Source of the DNA: Neoechinorhynchus agilis
Lineage: Eukaryota > Animalia > Acanthocephala
DNA: 64,000 nt
Direction: 5' to 3'
Assembly (NCBI GenBank): GCA_051530055.1
Contig: CM121341.1
Coordinates: 9,464,784-9,528,783, forward strand
The stretch's first letter is position 1. The number at the start of each line of letters is the position of its first letter. The translations under genes and the position numbers were made by a program. This document shows positions 12,561 through 25,246 of this stretch, piece after piece. The notes under the pieces are model-generated. The model saw only the letters and a list, made by a program, of their open reading frames with translations, had not been told where the DNA came from and did not search any database.

Positions 12561-12939
12561 GAAAATGTACATTTTCTTATTTTCTTACAATCTGATTTCA
12601 GAAACAATTGTTGTAAATCAATCATTTTTGCTCAATATATAAACGAATGTATCTTGAATTAGACGATGAATTTTCTTTAACCGTGTTCCATAAGTCAATT
12701 TAGCCGCCCTCGTTAGTGCAGTCAAAAGATGACTTAAATTCGTTTAAAGCTTTTAAAGCGCATTGGGAGAGCCCAGAAAATCCAACCGTTCATTTAATAA
12801 ATACATAAACGTCAAAATTAATCAAAATAACATTTCTTTACAGGTATTACCCTTATTGAACTTCATTTTGTCGATTCCATGTGGAAAAGACTACAATTTT
12901 ATAAATTGAATCATTTAACGTGTTTAAAACTTTTTCATT

Positions 12940-13620
12940 TAAAATAAGTCGACATGAAATGATTCACACCACCGCCTTTCTGGATCACTCAGCTGCCGTC
13001 CTGGTGTAACGGCCGAGAGGACGGATGCAGCGTTCCCTCGTTGCAGAGTTAGACTTATGTTTTGTAGGAGGAATGCTCCTGATCTCAGATCGCCAGTGAT
13101 TCGTCTCAATCTCTTAGACAATTGCTTGACCAAGTTCTGCGGTACCAAACGACCCAAGTGCCTAGACGCCAAAGGGAACAAAACAATGATTTCGACTAAG
13201 GTCCCTGTATTTTGTCCTTTTTCGCTCCTCAGCTGCGGTTCCTGATCTCCCTCCGGTTTAACGATAGCGAATTTATTTTTGCTGGCTGCGAAGTCCCAGA
13301 AAAGATATTTGCGTCCCCTCGCCACGGGAATAGTATGATACCGCCTGGTCTACGGCGGTCATCGAGTGGGCAAAGATTGCTCGGCTCTAGGATGTTGGGC
13401 ACCTTTGACAGAATTCAGGGCACGGCTTAGAGAATTGCGTTCACTTCGGCCTGTCGTGAGTACCTTCCGCCTGATTGCCGACAGACGAGGTCATGGTGTC
13501 CCGATGGTTCCACGGTCGCTCCGCAACGGCAGCGATGGGATGTGCACATCGGTGCCCCAAGTCTCAAAGACATTGCGGTCTTTACGGTTTCGCCGCAGGG
13601 TACCGACAAAAGCGATTGGG
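12940..13620 (-). mobile_element. CRE-clade non-LTR element, zinc knuckle/RLE endonuclease remnant
   Basis: LRLGAPMCTSHRCRCG..GHH.LVC..SGGRYSR and QNISLTLQRGNAASVL; interrupted by unrelated sequence at ~13165-13290. Confidence 0.8.
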
Positions 13621-13869
13621 ATAGCCTTGAAAATTGAATTGTTCATATAGGTTGTTTTCTGGCGTAGAAATCAAAATGATTTTAATTTTTGTGGTGAGTG
13701 ACAAATCGATACGGTATTTAAATGTAAAACGGAGATCGATAATTCACTCACTACACAAAGCGCCAGTGCAGGACTCACTTCCAAAGACGATAATGGCGAA
13801 TTGAGAATTTCCGCAAAAAAATTTGCGATTCTCTTTTTTCTGAAATCCGGGGAGGGACTTTTAATCAAA

Positions 13870-15100
13870 GTTGGCTGTCTTTGGGATCTTCCTGTGAGAG
13901 TGTTTATCGCTCTTCATGCTAAGGAGGTACGAACAAAACCTTCCTTATATGCGATGCCGCGAACTGCATCCTCTATCGATGCCTTTTGCTTTTCATTATA
14001 GAGGTTGACAAGTTCAAGACTTGTAATGCGAGCTTCAGATCGTTTTCCTCTTTTTCTTAGAGTTTTGATCTGCTCAGCCAACGCCATAAATTCACAGTCC
14101 TCCTGCCATATAACCTTTGCAGCTTCTATGCGCCTCATTTTTGGGAGGGTTTTCTCGGCCGCTTCGGTCACTGCGTCGCAGATTGACTTGTAATAAAAAT
14201 CAATATCCGTTTCAGCAGCTGGCATCGAGCTCAGTTGATTCGCTAGTTCGATATCGAACTCTTTTCTCTTCTCCTCATTAGCGAGGGCGCCATAGAACGG
14301 ACGTGGAGGATGCTTAAGCGTGCGGAACAACGAGTCACTCATGCTCAACTGACACCTAACCAACTTGTGGTCGGTTGGCAGCCCGTCAACTGTGAATGTG
14401 TCAGCGTTTTATTTTTTCCCATGGCATGTTTGGACGGATTCTTTTGACCCATAAACGTTGCAAAACGCCACGGGCGCTTCCGGAATAAAGTGTTAGCAGA
14501 CACGAGATCATGCTGCGCCAGCGCCTCAACCAAGTACCGGCTGTTCCGATTCTCGCCTTTCAACACATATAGCGATCTTTCAGAATGCGGTAAAATCGCG
14601 TTGAAGTCACCGGCTACTAGGAGGGTGCCTCTGTTCGGTACATCATCTAACGCTTCGGCTAGATTTCCATAAAATCCTTCAACCGCCTCTTCAACCGACG
14701 AGGAGGTCAGTGAATATACGCCAAAGCATAGAGATTTCTCGACCGAAGCTTTATGCTGACACGAAGGATTCGGTCAGTTATAATACTGCATAGTGCTGAG
14801 TTTCGGAGGCGGAGTGATAAACAAACGCCTACACCTCCATTTCCTCGACTGTCCGCAGATAGGTAAAATAATCACCGGCCTCCTCCTAAATCCTCCTGAT
14901 TTACGTCTGTGTCTGACTGGCCTCTTATGCGCAATTCTTGTAAAAACACAAGATCCATTCTGGCGTCCCCTGCCAATTTGGCCAGGGTTCCCCTACGCCA
15001 TTGCGCTCGCAGACACCTACAATTCAAGGATCCGATTCGTAGTCCTCTTCTATTTGAAATAGCTGGGCCAAAGGGCTCACGGCTGTCAGCGCCACCTGAA
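13870..15100 (-). mobile_element. RTE-like LINE 5' region, AP endonuclease, frameshifted
   Basis: LRIGSLNCRCL..DLVFLQELRI; NSRYLVEAL.QHDLVSANTLFRKRPWRFATF; DHKLVRCQL. Confidence 0.8.
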
Positions 15101-15400
15101 CAGTCCGTACCCACCACGGTGATGAGCTTCGACTGACGCTTTCGTTGCCTACGGCGACAGTTTCGCTCATTTCGACGCTCAAGTCGTCGACGAGAGCTGC
15201 GACGCTCTCACTTTTTCCCCTTGCACTGGTGGATTTTGTTGCTCCCGTTCGCTGCCGCATCACCAAGTGGAGCAACACACCGACCCCGCGTTGACAGGCT
15301 ACTATCAGTAACTGTCTGGCCGCCAGAGCTGCTTCTTTTACGTGACCGACAAGAACCAGTAACATCAAGTCCGATCATGGTGAAAGAAAGTTTGGGACTG
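15024..15400 (-). mobile_element. Possible Gypsy gag remnant
   Basis: KEAALAARQLLIVAC..LLHLV and GKSESVAALVDDLS loosely resemble Gypsy gag helices; adjacent to an integrase fragment. Confidence 0.35.
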
Positions 15401-15422
15401 AAAGAAAGTTAGGGACTGAAAG

Positions 15423-16120
15423 ATGGGAGTTTCTAAAAACGTACAGAAATGTACCGCACAATGCGACTGGTCAGTGCCAGCTGAGATGATGATGGGAAGG
15501 CGGCTGGCTACGAAATTCGATCATATAAAGCCAAGTTTCAGATCGAAACATCAGCCAAAGGGATTCTCGAAGGGCAGAGGGTTTACAGAAGGACAGCCTG
15601 TCTGGTGGAATAGGTCAAAGAACGACAGGTGGGAAAAAGGAATTGTGCGGAGACAAACGGGACCGCGATCGTTCGTCATAAATCACGGAGATGGGGTATA
15701 CAGGCGCATACACGGTGATTATGTTCGCGATCGACTGACGATAGAGCAGCTAAATAGAGAGAGGGATCAAAACGAAAATGAAATCATAGAAGAGCACGAA
15801 CAGCAGTCCATCAAGCACGAACAGAAACCAATCGAGCGCGAACGGCAGTCCATCGAGCACGAATAGCCGCCAACCAATGTAAACACTCGCTGATCTATCG
15901 ACCACGGAACCCAACCAATAGAAGAAGCAAAGACCGAGTTCTGGGAGGATGGTAGAAGAGATAATATGGTGTTAAGATGGAGCAATCGAATTCGCAAACC
16001 TCCGTCCAGACCGTATGACAAGTTTCTGAAATAGACGGGGGAGGAATGTGGTGAGTGACAAATCGATACGGTATTTAAATGTTAAGCGGAGATCGATAAT
16101 TCACTCACTACACAGAGCGC
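15423..16120 (+). mobile_element. Gypsy integrase C-terminus, polypurine tract and start of 3' LTR
   Basis: PAEMMMGRRLATKFDHIKP..GQPVW..WEKGIV..GPRSFVI and RIRKPP; PPT acgggggaggaa at ~16036-16046 followed by tgtggtgag at 16047. The LTR start is repeated at 13690-13765. Confidence 0.8.
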
Positions 16121-16139
16121 CGATCAATAACACGATTAC

Positions 16140-16420
16140 TATATATCGCGTGTGTGGAACCCGCGGCCGACCACCTTACCAACGTATGGTATTCCGCGGT
16201 ACCTTCCTTAAAGCTCTCCAACATCTTCAATACCCTTGGGCGCATACTACAGATTGGTCCGACAAAACGTACCGAGTGAACGACTTAAAAATGTCCTGAA
16301 TCGCTATCCTCACTGACCGATCCAAAATTTGTAAATACATTGCGATTCCTAACGAATAAATCCTTGTTGGTGTGTGGTAAAAATAAATGAGCGACTGCGA
16401 TGTCAACAATTTCGACGCCA
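16140..16420 (-). mobile_element. Small LINE RT remnant
   Basis: QQGF and IAIQDIFKSF resemble the QxGF and FxDFxKAFD motifs; heavily decayed. Confidence 0.4.
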
Positions 16421-16537
16421 ACTTATGTTTTGTAGGAGGAATGCTCCTGATCTAAGATCGCCAGTGATTCGTCTCAATCTCTTGGACAATTGCTTGACCA
16501 AGTTCTGCGCCGCGGTGATATTTTAGTATCTTGATGC

Positions 16538-16551
16538 CTGTGACGTCACAG
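16538..16551. promoter_or_regulatory. 14 bp CRE-like palindrome upstream of the eL40 fusion gene
   Basis: ctgtgacgtcacag, ~77 bp before the ATG at 16628. Confidence 0.5.
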
Positions 16552-16627
16552 TAAAAAGAATTCTTCCAGATATCCTTCTCGTTCGCACACTTTCTTCCCT
16601 TAGTCTTCCCGTACTGTAGATCGTTGC

Positions 16628-16990
16628 ATGTATCCCGTGATTCTTCGTCTTCCCGACGAGTCGATTCGATTCGTTCAATTGAACGATTTGTCCAATGCTG
16701 TAGAAGAGATTCGCGATATTTTCGATCTTTGTGATTCGATCAGATTTAGAGTTGAAATTAATGCTGGTAGCGAAGGACACTTTTCTCGTGGGCAATTATT
16801 CCCAGTCGTTTGTGGAGGAGTGGGCGATGGAATTGAACCAACTCTTAAGGCATTGGCACTCAAATGCAACAACGATAAAATGGTGTGCCGAAAGTGCTAT
16901 GCCCGGCTTCCACCTCGTGCTACTCATTGCAGGAAACGGAAATGCGGTCACAGTAGCAACTTAAGGAAGAAAAAACCACCAAAGAATTAG
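16628..16990 (+). CDS. RPL40: Ribosomal protein eL40 fused to a divergent non-ubiquitin leader ending in GG
   Basis: [48 protein letters not shown] is clearly eL40 with its four zinc-binding Cys. The 64 aa leader ends VVCGG and lacks ubiquitin identity. The ORF is intact. Confidence 0.92.
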   Translation: MYPVILRLPDESIRFVQLNDLSNAVEEIRDIFDLCDSIRFRVEINAGSEGHFSRGQLFPVVCGGVGDGIEPTLKALALKCNNDKMVCRKCYARLPPRATHCRKRKCGHSSNLRKKKPPKN

Positions 16991-17534
16991 AAGCGATTTG
17001 ATTGTGGTTCATTCAGAAATCATTTTGTTTTTGAATGTTCGGCACAGTTTAACAAACCTTATGAAGTTTATCAACTAGTTAAGACGATTTAATTGTGTTT
17101 TAAAGAGAACGGAAATTTAAGCTTTTGTGTTAGATCACCATCAGTTTTTTAGTGATTGTGAACTCGAGGATGTTCGCAGGGAACGCAATAGACTCTTTAC
17201 CGCGAATGAAAACAGCCCACTTTTTCTGATTCTATATAAAAAATCTCTGCGATTTAACGTAAAAATATGAATGCCAATTGAAACGAGCACCGCTTCTTAT
17301 AAAATGTTTTAAAATATTCGATAGCATCCGAGTTTAACTAATATCTTTTTTCTTCATCTAATAAAATCCATTTAGTAAAAAATATTGAAGTTGAAAACGT
17401 TATCGTTAAAATTGCGCTTTTGCTGATCATGGGACCGCTTTAACTTTTTCAAGTTAGAAACCCTATATAAGAAGATTATTATTTTAAAAAATGAACCCGG
17501 CAAGACTCGCAGAACGTCTTTAATAAACTCTTTT

Positions 17535-17772
17535 TTGTTTTCTGGCGGAGAAATTAAAATGATTTTATTTTAAAATCCGATATTTCAGCACAATATTGTG
17601 CCAAGCAACCTTAATAAAACGCATACAAGACTGTGCCGAAATATCGCATTTTGGTACTTAGGTATTATATCGTTCGTGTCTGCGTTTTTAAATTCTGGCA
17701 TTTCATGACAAGAATCGTTTTGCGAAATTTCAGAACTTAACAACAGCAAAATAAATCTATTCAAGGCAACTA
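17535..17772. repeat. Composite copy of the MITE terminus plus dispersed repeat
   Basis: The start matches the 7414 TIR; ~17625-17695 is the reverse complement of ~4862-4935; ~17680-17772 is the reverse complement of ~1785-1872. Confidence 0.7.
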
Positions 17773-18119
17773 ATAAATAAAAGACGATTCTGACATTTTC
17801 AGATCTTTCCTCATTAATGTAGCTTGCTAAATTCTTGGGTATTTAATATTCTATTACGCTGCGACTGCCCTATGCACGGAAATTGTAAAGAAAATTGTTT
17901 CAAGCCCTAAAAATACGAGAAAACAAAACTCGGCTTATGTTGCAGTGATTTCGGTTGCAATTTTGTCGTCAGTGTCATTTTGGATCGTGAGACCATTATG
18001 CTTATCTCAAATCCCGCTGCATCGTTAAAATAAAAGATTTACCTAAATGATAGATTCCACACATAACGATAAATTATCCGTATAGTCATCGTTATTTTCC
18101 ATGAATGATCGCTATGTTT

Positions 18120-18310
18120 TAATATAGTTTTGTGAAATATTACTTGATTTTCCAGCCGCGTGATCGATCAAGTTTTTTATTGAAACTTAGACGGGTTGTG
18201 ATAATGATAAAGATAATCTTTGTTTTAAAGCTTTCGCAGTCTTACGGCTTCCTCAGGAATGTACAAAGGCGCGTGGAGATGTGAACTTAATAAATCACAC
18301 ACATAAAAGA
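18120..18310 (-). mobile_element. Solo Penelope pLTR (second family) with minimal hammerhead ribozyme and AATAAA
   Basis: Minus strand reads ttcCTGAGGAagccgtaagactgcGAAAGCTT, followed by AATAAA. Homologous to ~21360-21500, ~39720-39900 and ~53270-53450. Confidence 0.7.
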
Positions 18311-19384
18311 TTTCTGCGACAGTCACAAAAACTCCACCTGAGTTACTCTAAATGCTTCGAAACGATGCCTTCATTCTCCCGCAACCCCACATCCTACCCC
18401 GATCTTCCAAATGACATCCAACGAGTCACCTCCCCCAGAATGCCAGGTTTCAAATTTCAATGGAATCTGAAATGGAAGTCGAAAATTACATTTTCTCCTT
18501 AAAGGCAATACCTTTAAAATTTATTTCCTCAAACGCCTTAGCCATTTAGGAGTCTCCTGGTACGATCTCCAAATTTTATTACACCTTAATTTAGCCAACT
18601 TTCCCAATCACAAATCCGTTGCTTTGAAACGTTTCATAGAAGAGTCTCTAAAATTTGCACAGTTGATTTTTACCCGCTCACCGAAAGCCTTGATAATATT
18701 TTCATTAAAAATCAAAATGCAACGAGTGCAACACTCGTAATCCTAATTCATTTCATCCGCCTAAACTCGAACCTACGCTCCTTTTTCCATGCAGCCCAAT
18801 CTTCACGGATACCATAACCTGAAATGAACTTTACGAAGGAAAAACCTTACAAGCGCTCCTGCAAACAATGACTACCAATTCCCACCACTCACCCGCGCGG
18901 ACTCGTAATCCACTCCAAAATCAATAGCCAGATTAATTTATCCAATCATAACTCGAGTGTTCATGAGAACCAAAAGGTAGATGGATCCGCTTTGTGCATT
19001 AATAAAGCGTGTTATTATTATATAAAAATGTTTCTGAGGCATCGCTTGAGAAATGGAACCCGCTGCTCAAGTAAAATGCTGCACAAAATTAATTCGTTGA
19101 GGATAGCTTGGATCGATTTCCGCTTCGATGTAGCTTCTTTAATACACTTCATATCTCCACGCACCTTTGTATATTCTTGAGGAAGTTGTATTACGAGGAA
19201 AACTGAAATCACATTAAATGGAAAATGAATTATGGAAGGATTTGGACGACCGTGGATGCTACGTGAATCACATGTTTGTATCGCTATAATCAACAAACGA
19301 AACAAATATTATATACACAAATATTTTGAGAATATTTGCTTATAGAAAAATCATTATGGACTATAGTGTTTCAAAATAAAAGGT

Positions 19385-20699
19385 CGTATCGCCGTAACCC
19401 AATACTTCGTCGATGGCTCAGTAGGAACCGCACATTTGGATCGTAAGCTATTTGATAATTTGTTCCTTGCGGCACTTGCATTCGCGTGAATTTTGTTCCT
19501 GTCTTAATAAGAGGAAATTCGGGAATTCTTTGAAAATTATTCGGCTTTTGCTACTCGTACTCACTCCATCGTCGTAATAGTTTTGAAAATTTATGTACTA
19601 TTCTCGATTGATTGAAACGGTTTCCTCGATGATTTAGTCGCTGTGTAAGACATTCATTAACATAAGAAGTTTCTGTGTAGTATCCTCCAGGATAAACTTC
19701 CATACTATTTGGCATCGATTGATTTGTCGATAATGAAGTTCCTTGGAAATTGTTGTTGACATTGCTCATGGGTTGCGCCTGAGGTTGAATCGTAATTAAA
19801 TCGTAAGGGGTCCACGTTTGCGGATACCTTTGGAATTGGTAAGAATGCTGCGAGTAGGCATTCGCTTGGTTGTCTTGTTGTACTGGACAGCGTCCTCGCG
19901 GCATCGATAGATCTAACGGAACTTCCCGTTGACTGCTCATTGGTGAAACAAAACTTCCACCGTACGCTGGTCAAGACGTCATGTAGTCAGATTGAACACT
20001 CGTATTGGAACATTGCTCGATCGTTGGTGGCTTCGATTTATCTGCTGTGGTTGGGAGAAGGATTGTCCCATTTGAACCAATGGCCATTGAGTTGATCCAG
20101 TGGGAACGCCATACGATGAAACTCGCTGAACTGACCTATCGGGATCGTTACGATCAGGACGTGAACGTTTCACTTCAGTTTCATTCTGATGTTGCTCGTC
20201 TTTTGCGGTCGTTTCGTGTTCCGTTAACCTTCTCTTTGGTTCAGCTACTACTGATTTATCCGAAATTTCAACATCAGCCGTACGTTTTCTGGGTTTACTG
20301 GAAGATCTCGCGGGTTTGTTTGTTTTCTTCGAAATTTCCAGCAGGGGTTCCACTATTTTAAATTTCTCCATCATCTCCTCGGCGCTTGTACCCGAATGTT
20401 GGAGTATTTCATTGCCATGAGCGGTGATTTTTACGCTTGATTCCCTAAACCAAATTTCTCCGACTTTGGAGAACTCTGGGTAATAATATACCCGCTTTAC
20501 AGTTTTCCTCAAATCTGGCAACTTCATTGCTTCCCAATTGTTAAATAACAAGTCAAGGTCAACGCAATATTTTAAAGTTATATTCAATCCGATATTTGTA
20601 ATCGAATAATCGCTCATTTGTCCGGCTCTGAGGCAAATGTTACCAATGAGTTCAGCAACATGATTAGAAAATAACTTTGCTCCGTCTTGTACTTCGCTT
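19385..20699 (-). pseudogene. 5'-truncated, frameshifted inverted copy of the TBP-like gene
   Basis: Reverse complement of ~8674-10000. It lacks the first ~70 codons; the core is nearly identical, while the tail is much more diverged and frameshifted (ORFs 19979-20617 and 19551-19940). Confidence 0.9.
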
Positions 20700-20767
20700 G
20701 CTGTCGTTGAACAGGGGGTTGAATCGATCGTTGGTGGCTGCGATTTATTTGCTGCTGTTGGGAACCG

Positions 20768-20922
20768 GGCTTACGTGTCTAATTGTTTTTACCTCGATCA
20801 CGAGTATTGGAAACATGAAATAAATATTCTATTATAGCGATCTATGAAAATTTCATCATTCTCTTCAATTAATCTATCTTGATATATTATCGAGAGCCCA
20901 TGATTGCAAATGCGCGGTTCCC
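20768..20922 (-). pseudogene. Inverted fragment of the SLC17-like 3' end
   Basis: Diverged reverse complement of 6730-6912 with a deletion between tgatgaaat direct repeats. Confidence 0.8.
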
Positions 20923-21359
20923 GTAGAGCAAGTTTTAGATTTCTTTGGACTGTTTTTATTGTTCATCTGAAATTAAAATCGATTGAAGGATTTTGCGCTT
21001 TTATTTTCCGTTTTACGCCCGGAAGCATATCTCTAGAAAGACAACAATATTTAACATAAATATTCCACTTTATTAGAGGCTAGAGTAACCGCTTTAAATC
21101 AAAAATGAAGCAATTAGAAAATCACCAACATTGGAACACGATTTGTTGCTTGAACTTCACTTTAAAGAACATACTTAAATTGCACTCTTATGAAATATTG
21201 AGAAACGTCTCTGCTTTAAACAAAGCTTTTGTATACTCCGGAATTTATGAAAATATTTTCAAGTTCACATATTTGACTTTAACTTATAAAGTTCTCTTCC
21301 AGCAGACATTTAAAAAATAAAGTTTAATCGCATCAGTTCGAAAAATCATGTGCAATACA

Positions 21360-21600
21360 ACTTGATTTGCTAGCCGCGTGATTGATCAGGTTTTTTATTG
21401 GCACTTGGACGGGCTGTTGTAGATATAAAGAAAAATCAATATTTTCGAGCATTTAACGTCTTACGGCTTCTTCAGAAATCTACAAAGGCACGTGGAGCTT
21501 TGAAGTGTGTTATAGTAGCAACATCGAAACGGAAAGTTCATCCCTCTTGTTGAACAGTTCTGTAGCTTTGCCTAACTGATGACCAGAACTCTACCTCGCA
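21360..21600 (-). mobile_element. Penelope 3' end/pLTR (second family) with degenerate hammerhead
   Basis: Minus strand reads gatttCTGAAGAagccgtaagacg..., then AATAAA; the upstream ELFNKRDEL matches ELLNERDEL at ~53220. Confidence 0.65.
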
Positions 21601-22349
21601 TTGTCTGCGGAAATGATCGTTGCGCTCTCTACTTTCAGGTTCCCGCGATGGGGTCGTCCGAATTAGATTGTTGGCAGTTTCGACACGAGAATCGGGGCGT
21701 GGTTGGAGGCTGTTCCTTTGGCATCCGTGGGAACTCTTCTCACTGATGAGGTAACGAGGATCGCAGTGTCCTTAAGACTTGGTCTCCCGATATGCACGCC
21801 CATCGCTGTCGATGTGGGTCTTTGGTTGATGCTTTCGAGAGACACGGTCTCGTTCGCCGAAAGTCACAAGGAAGGTTCTCATGCCATTCTGAGATCAACA
21901 GCGCAATTTTTCGGGCGTTGAGAACGGCGAACTTCCCCTCCAATCTTTGTCGACTAGATAGTCGTCGACCCGACGGAATTTCGGTCTTTCCGTGGCGGGA
22001 GGGCAAATGCCTTCTCTGGGACGCCACGTCCCTCACAGTAAGCAACATTCCGTACTCTCTCGAAATCGCTGGAGGTGCAGCGGAAGGGAGGATAATACGA
22101 AAATATAGGGATTTAGCAAGGGCCCACTATTTTGTCCCCTTCGGAGTAGAGACGTATGGAGCGCTTGGCAGCTCGGCACTTACTTTGCTTCAAGATCTCT
22201 CGAAGAAATTGAGAGAAACGACCGGCGACGCACGAGCAAATGTATTCCTGCGACAAAATATCTCGCTTGCAGTACAACGAGGCAATGCTGCTAGCGTGAT
22301 AGCGATAGCCGAAAAAGGAGAGAAGCTAAGAATTTGCGGACGGTGGTGA
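21600..22349 (+). mobile_element. CRE-clade RLE endonuclease domain fragment
   Basis: HRCRCG..HGLV..SQGRFSCHSEIN; RRPDGISVFPWREGKCLLWDAT; FVPFGVETYGALG; NISLAVQRGNAASV. Confidence 0.9.
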
Positions 22350-22949
22350 TTGTACCTTTTGTGCTTTATTATTTATTCATAAATGTGAAAGTCATCCAAG
22401 AAAATATTAGAACAACTTTAATTTGTTGTAAAATCACGATTTTTTATATTGTATTTAACAAACTATTACCGTAAATGACATTTCGTTTTGATCCGTCGCA
22501 AGAATACCTTCTTTTCAATATTAACCAAAATATTTTGTCATCTAAATAAGAGGACGCTTAATTTCAAGGGAACAATTTATAAAGGTCAAATCTCCTCGCT
22601 CATCTTTGAACGTGTTGCCATCCCTAACCTTAAATTTTTAGTTTGATTTAGATTATCAGCTTTTTGTGATTTTTGACATTCCAGTATGAATTATTATTAT
22701 TATTCATACGCCTCATACAAACAAACACACAAATCAGTTCCTTAATTCTTTAGTTTATGCGTTCCAGCATGTCCCGGGCCTAAGACAACTGTGAGTTGAA
22801 GGACGATCTCTTAAATCCCTCACAGCAGCCTCGAGTACCCTTTTTATTGTCTATTAATAAGTATCCTTTTCCTATCCTGAGCCTGTAAAAGAGAAATGAG
22901 CGTAATGAAATCACTTACCTCTTTCCTGTTTAAGAGATTAGTGGAATTA

Positions 22950-23620
22950 ATGGGTAAAAAACTTGAAGAGTTATTGTAAAGGATTGTAAGAATTGAAGAG
23001 TTTTATTTAAAATATTTACAGTTAGAATTAAGATTAGAAAAAACCCAGATTTTAGACAAGAAAAGTCTTGTTAAAAAGGAAAAAAGGGGTTCCGTATCTA
23101 TATTATTTCTAAAGAGAATACTACTAAGCTTATTTAGCAAGATACGATAAAATGAAAGCCTATTTTCAGGGGGCCGGCCTCGTGCGAAAAAACAAATGGA
23201 ACACCCTAAAAAGATTTTTAAAACTTTCGAGATAAAAGGAGAAGAGATGGAGAGCCTTTTTGCTCTTTTGATGAAGATAACTGTTTTTGCCAATAGACTT
23301 TTAACGGAAGAGTTAATAAAAATTCTATGATTCTTACAAGGGAAGTCTACACCTAAAATCCTGGAATGCGATCTAAAGTTGATATTAATTAAATTTAAAT
23401 TAGATGCTAATTCATTAAAATATGAGTTTCCTCGAGACCAAGGTTTTAGTAAGTGGAATAAAGAAAGTTTTATTACTATTTACAACCAGATTGGCTTTCA
23501 TAAGTTCCGAAGACAAAGAATGCATATAATTAGCTATATTATTAGTTAGGATTGAATATGTTCTAGCTTTAAAAAAATAGAAATATATCATCTGCATAAA
23601 CTAGCGGAAATATGGAAGAA
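22950..23620 (-). mobile_element. Very AT-rich LINE RT C-terminal remnant
   Basis: ANLVVNSNKT followed by ILGV, resembling GLxINxxKT / YLGV; composition similar to 28899-30420. Confidence 0.4.
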
Positions 23621-23744
23621 GAGTTCTTTAAATTTTTTAAAATATATATGAGGACAATTAAGAATAAGGTGGGCGAGAGGGGAGAACATTGTATTGTATT
23701 GTATGCAACGGTACTTTCCTACGTTCACCGTAGATATAAGCCCG

Positions 23745-25240
23745 TCAAATAGAATTGGACTCCGCAAGGGATCTAAAATACACGACAGCAGTTCTGTTAT
23801 GCGGGCAGTTCGCGTCTCTTAAAATCAGGTCATCGTATGTATGACAGTTCCCTTTGCCTTTACGATACAATGTCGTTGGCTTCGAGAAAAGGAACTGTTG
23901 CACGACCTGTGGGCAAGATGCCTCGGACCGGATTATATTGCCCGTGAACTGCAGTCGTCTGCGGCGCAAATATTCACTGGGCGGTTGGACTCCGGCTCTC
24001 TTATACAGTGCTTTGTTGGTCACTTTATCTGACCATCTAACCTTGAACGCCGTACGTAAGAGAGATGAATGATTTTGGTCCAACTGCCTCGTCGCCGTTG
24101 GTAACAGTGTCCAGGTCTCTGCATTGTAGTAGAGAATGCTCTCAATTAGAGTCCTGAACAGCTGCGAACGGAGTTCATCTGGCAAAGACTGTCAAACAGT
24201 GGTTTAAGTTGCCCCATTGCTCTCCAAGCTCTAGCTCTCCGCCGGCTGACATCCGCACTCACCTCAGGAACGACAGCTCCCAGATAGACATACCGCTCTA
24301 TCTGTTTTAATTGCCCAACGCCATTCGGCCCTTCGCCAGAGACTGTATGCGCGGCATGCGGAATCGTCAAGAATTCCGTCTTTTTCGAGTTGATGGTCAG
24401 ACCAATCAAACTCGCCCTCTCGTACAGTCTATTTAGCATGCGTTGAGCTCCTTCGACTGTTGAGGGCATCAATACGATGTCGTCGGCATATGCCATGTAG
24501 GAGGCGCGTATCTCAGGATACCTACGACCTCTTTTCCTCAACAGAAGAAATCCATCTTCATCATTCGGTAGTGCCTATCTCATTACCCAATCAAGCACCA
24601 AGATGAAGAGGAAAGGAGCCAATGTGTCGCCCTGCAGAATACCTGAAGTGGTGGAAAAGTATTCTGTCAAACCGTCAGTTGTCTTTACGGCGGAAATTGT
24701 GTTTTTGTATAATGTCATAACGGATGTGACAATGATCGGCGGCACTCCATACTCCTTTAAGATACCGCCAATCATCGTTCGATTTACCGAATCGAAAGCT
24801 CGACGGAAGTCAACAAATACCAGAGTCACATTCGTTTGATGAATTCGTGCCTCCTCGAGGATCCTCCTCAAAGCCAATATGTGCTCTGTGGTGCCTCGAC
24901 CTTTCCTGAAGCCGTTCTGTTCAATTCTTAGAAACGGTTCGAGGATTGGCTGAATTCGGCGTCTCAAAATGCTGCTCTGTAGTCCTCCGCCTTTGTCGAG
25001 CAGCATTTCTTGGGGATCATTGTTAAATGCGTCGTTTGCCAGATTTGAGGTACTGAGCCACCATTCATTATGCCATTCATTATCGGTATGATTTTTCTGG
25101 CAATGGATTCAAATTTCAGTACCTCTGCCATTTTCGCATCTGGGCCTAATGCACGTCCCGCACGCATCATTTTCGCCGCAGCGATCGCTTCCTTCACGGA
25201 AATCGGTCCAGTGAAGTATGCCTCAGTGCTTGAAGACGAT
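23745..25240 (-). mobile_element. RTE-like LINE reverse transcriptase, frameshifted
   Basis: RALGPD; IPKK..AEDYR; EQNGFRKGRGTTEHI; VFVDFRRAFDSV; GILQGDTLAPFLF; YADDIVL; GLTINSKKTE; YLG; LFRTLIESILYYNAETW. Confidence 0.92.
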
Positions 25241-25246
25241 TGTGCC

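Noticed and set aside
12705-12730. tRNA-Met-like 5' sequence (cctcgttagtgcagt)
   Set aside because: Only ~16 nt of resemblance, with no B box or cloverleaf.
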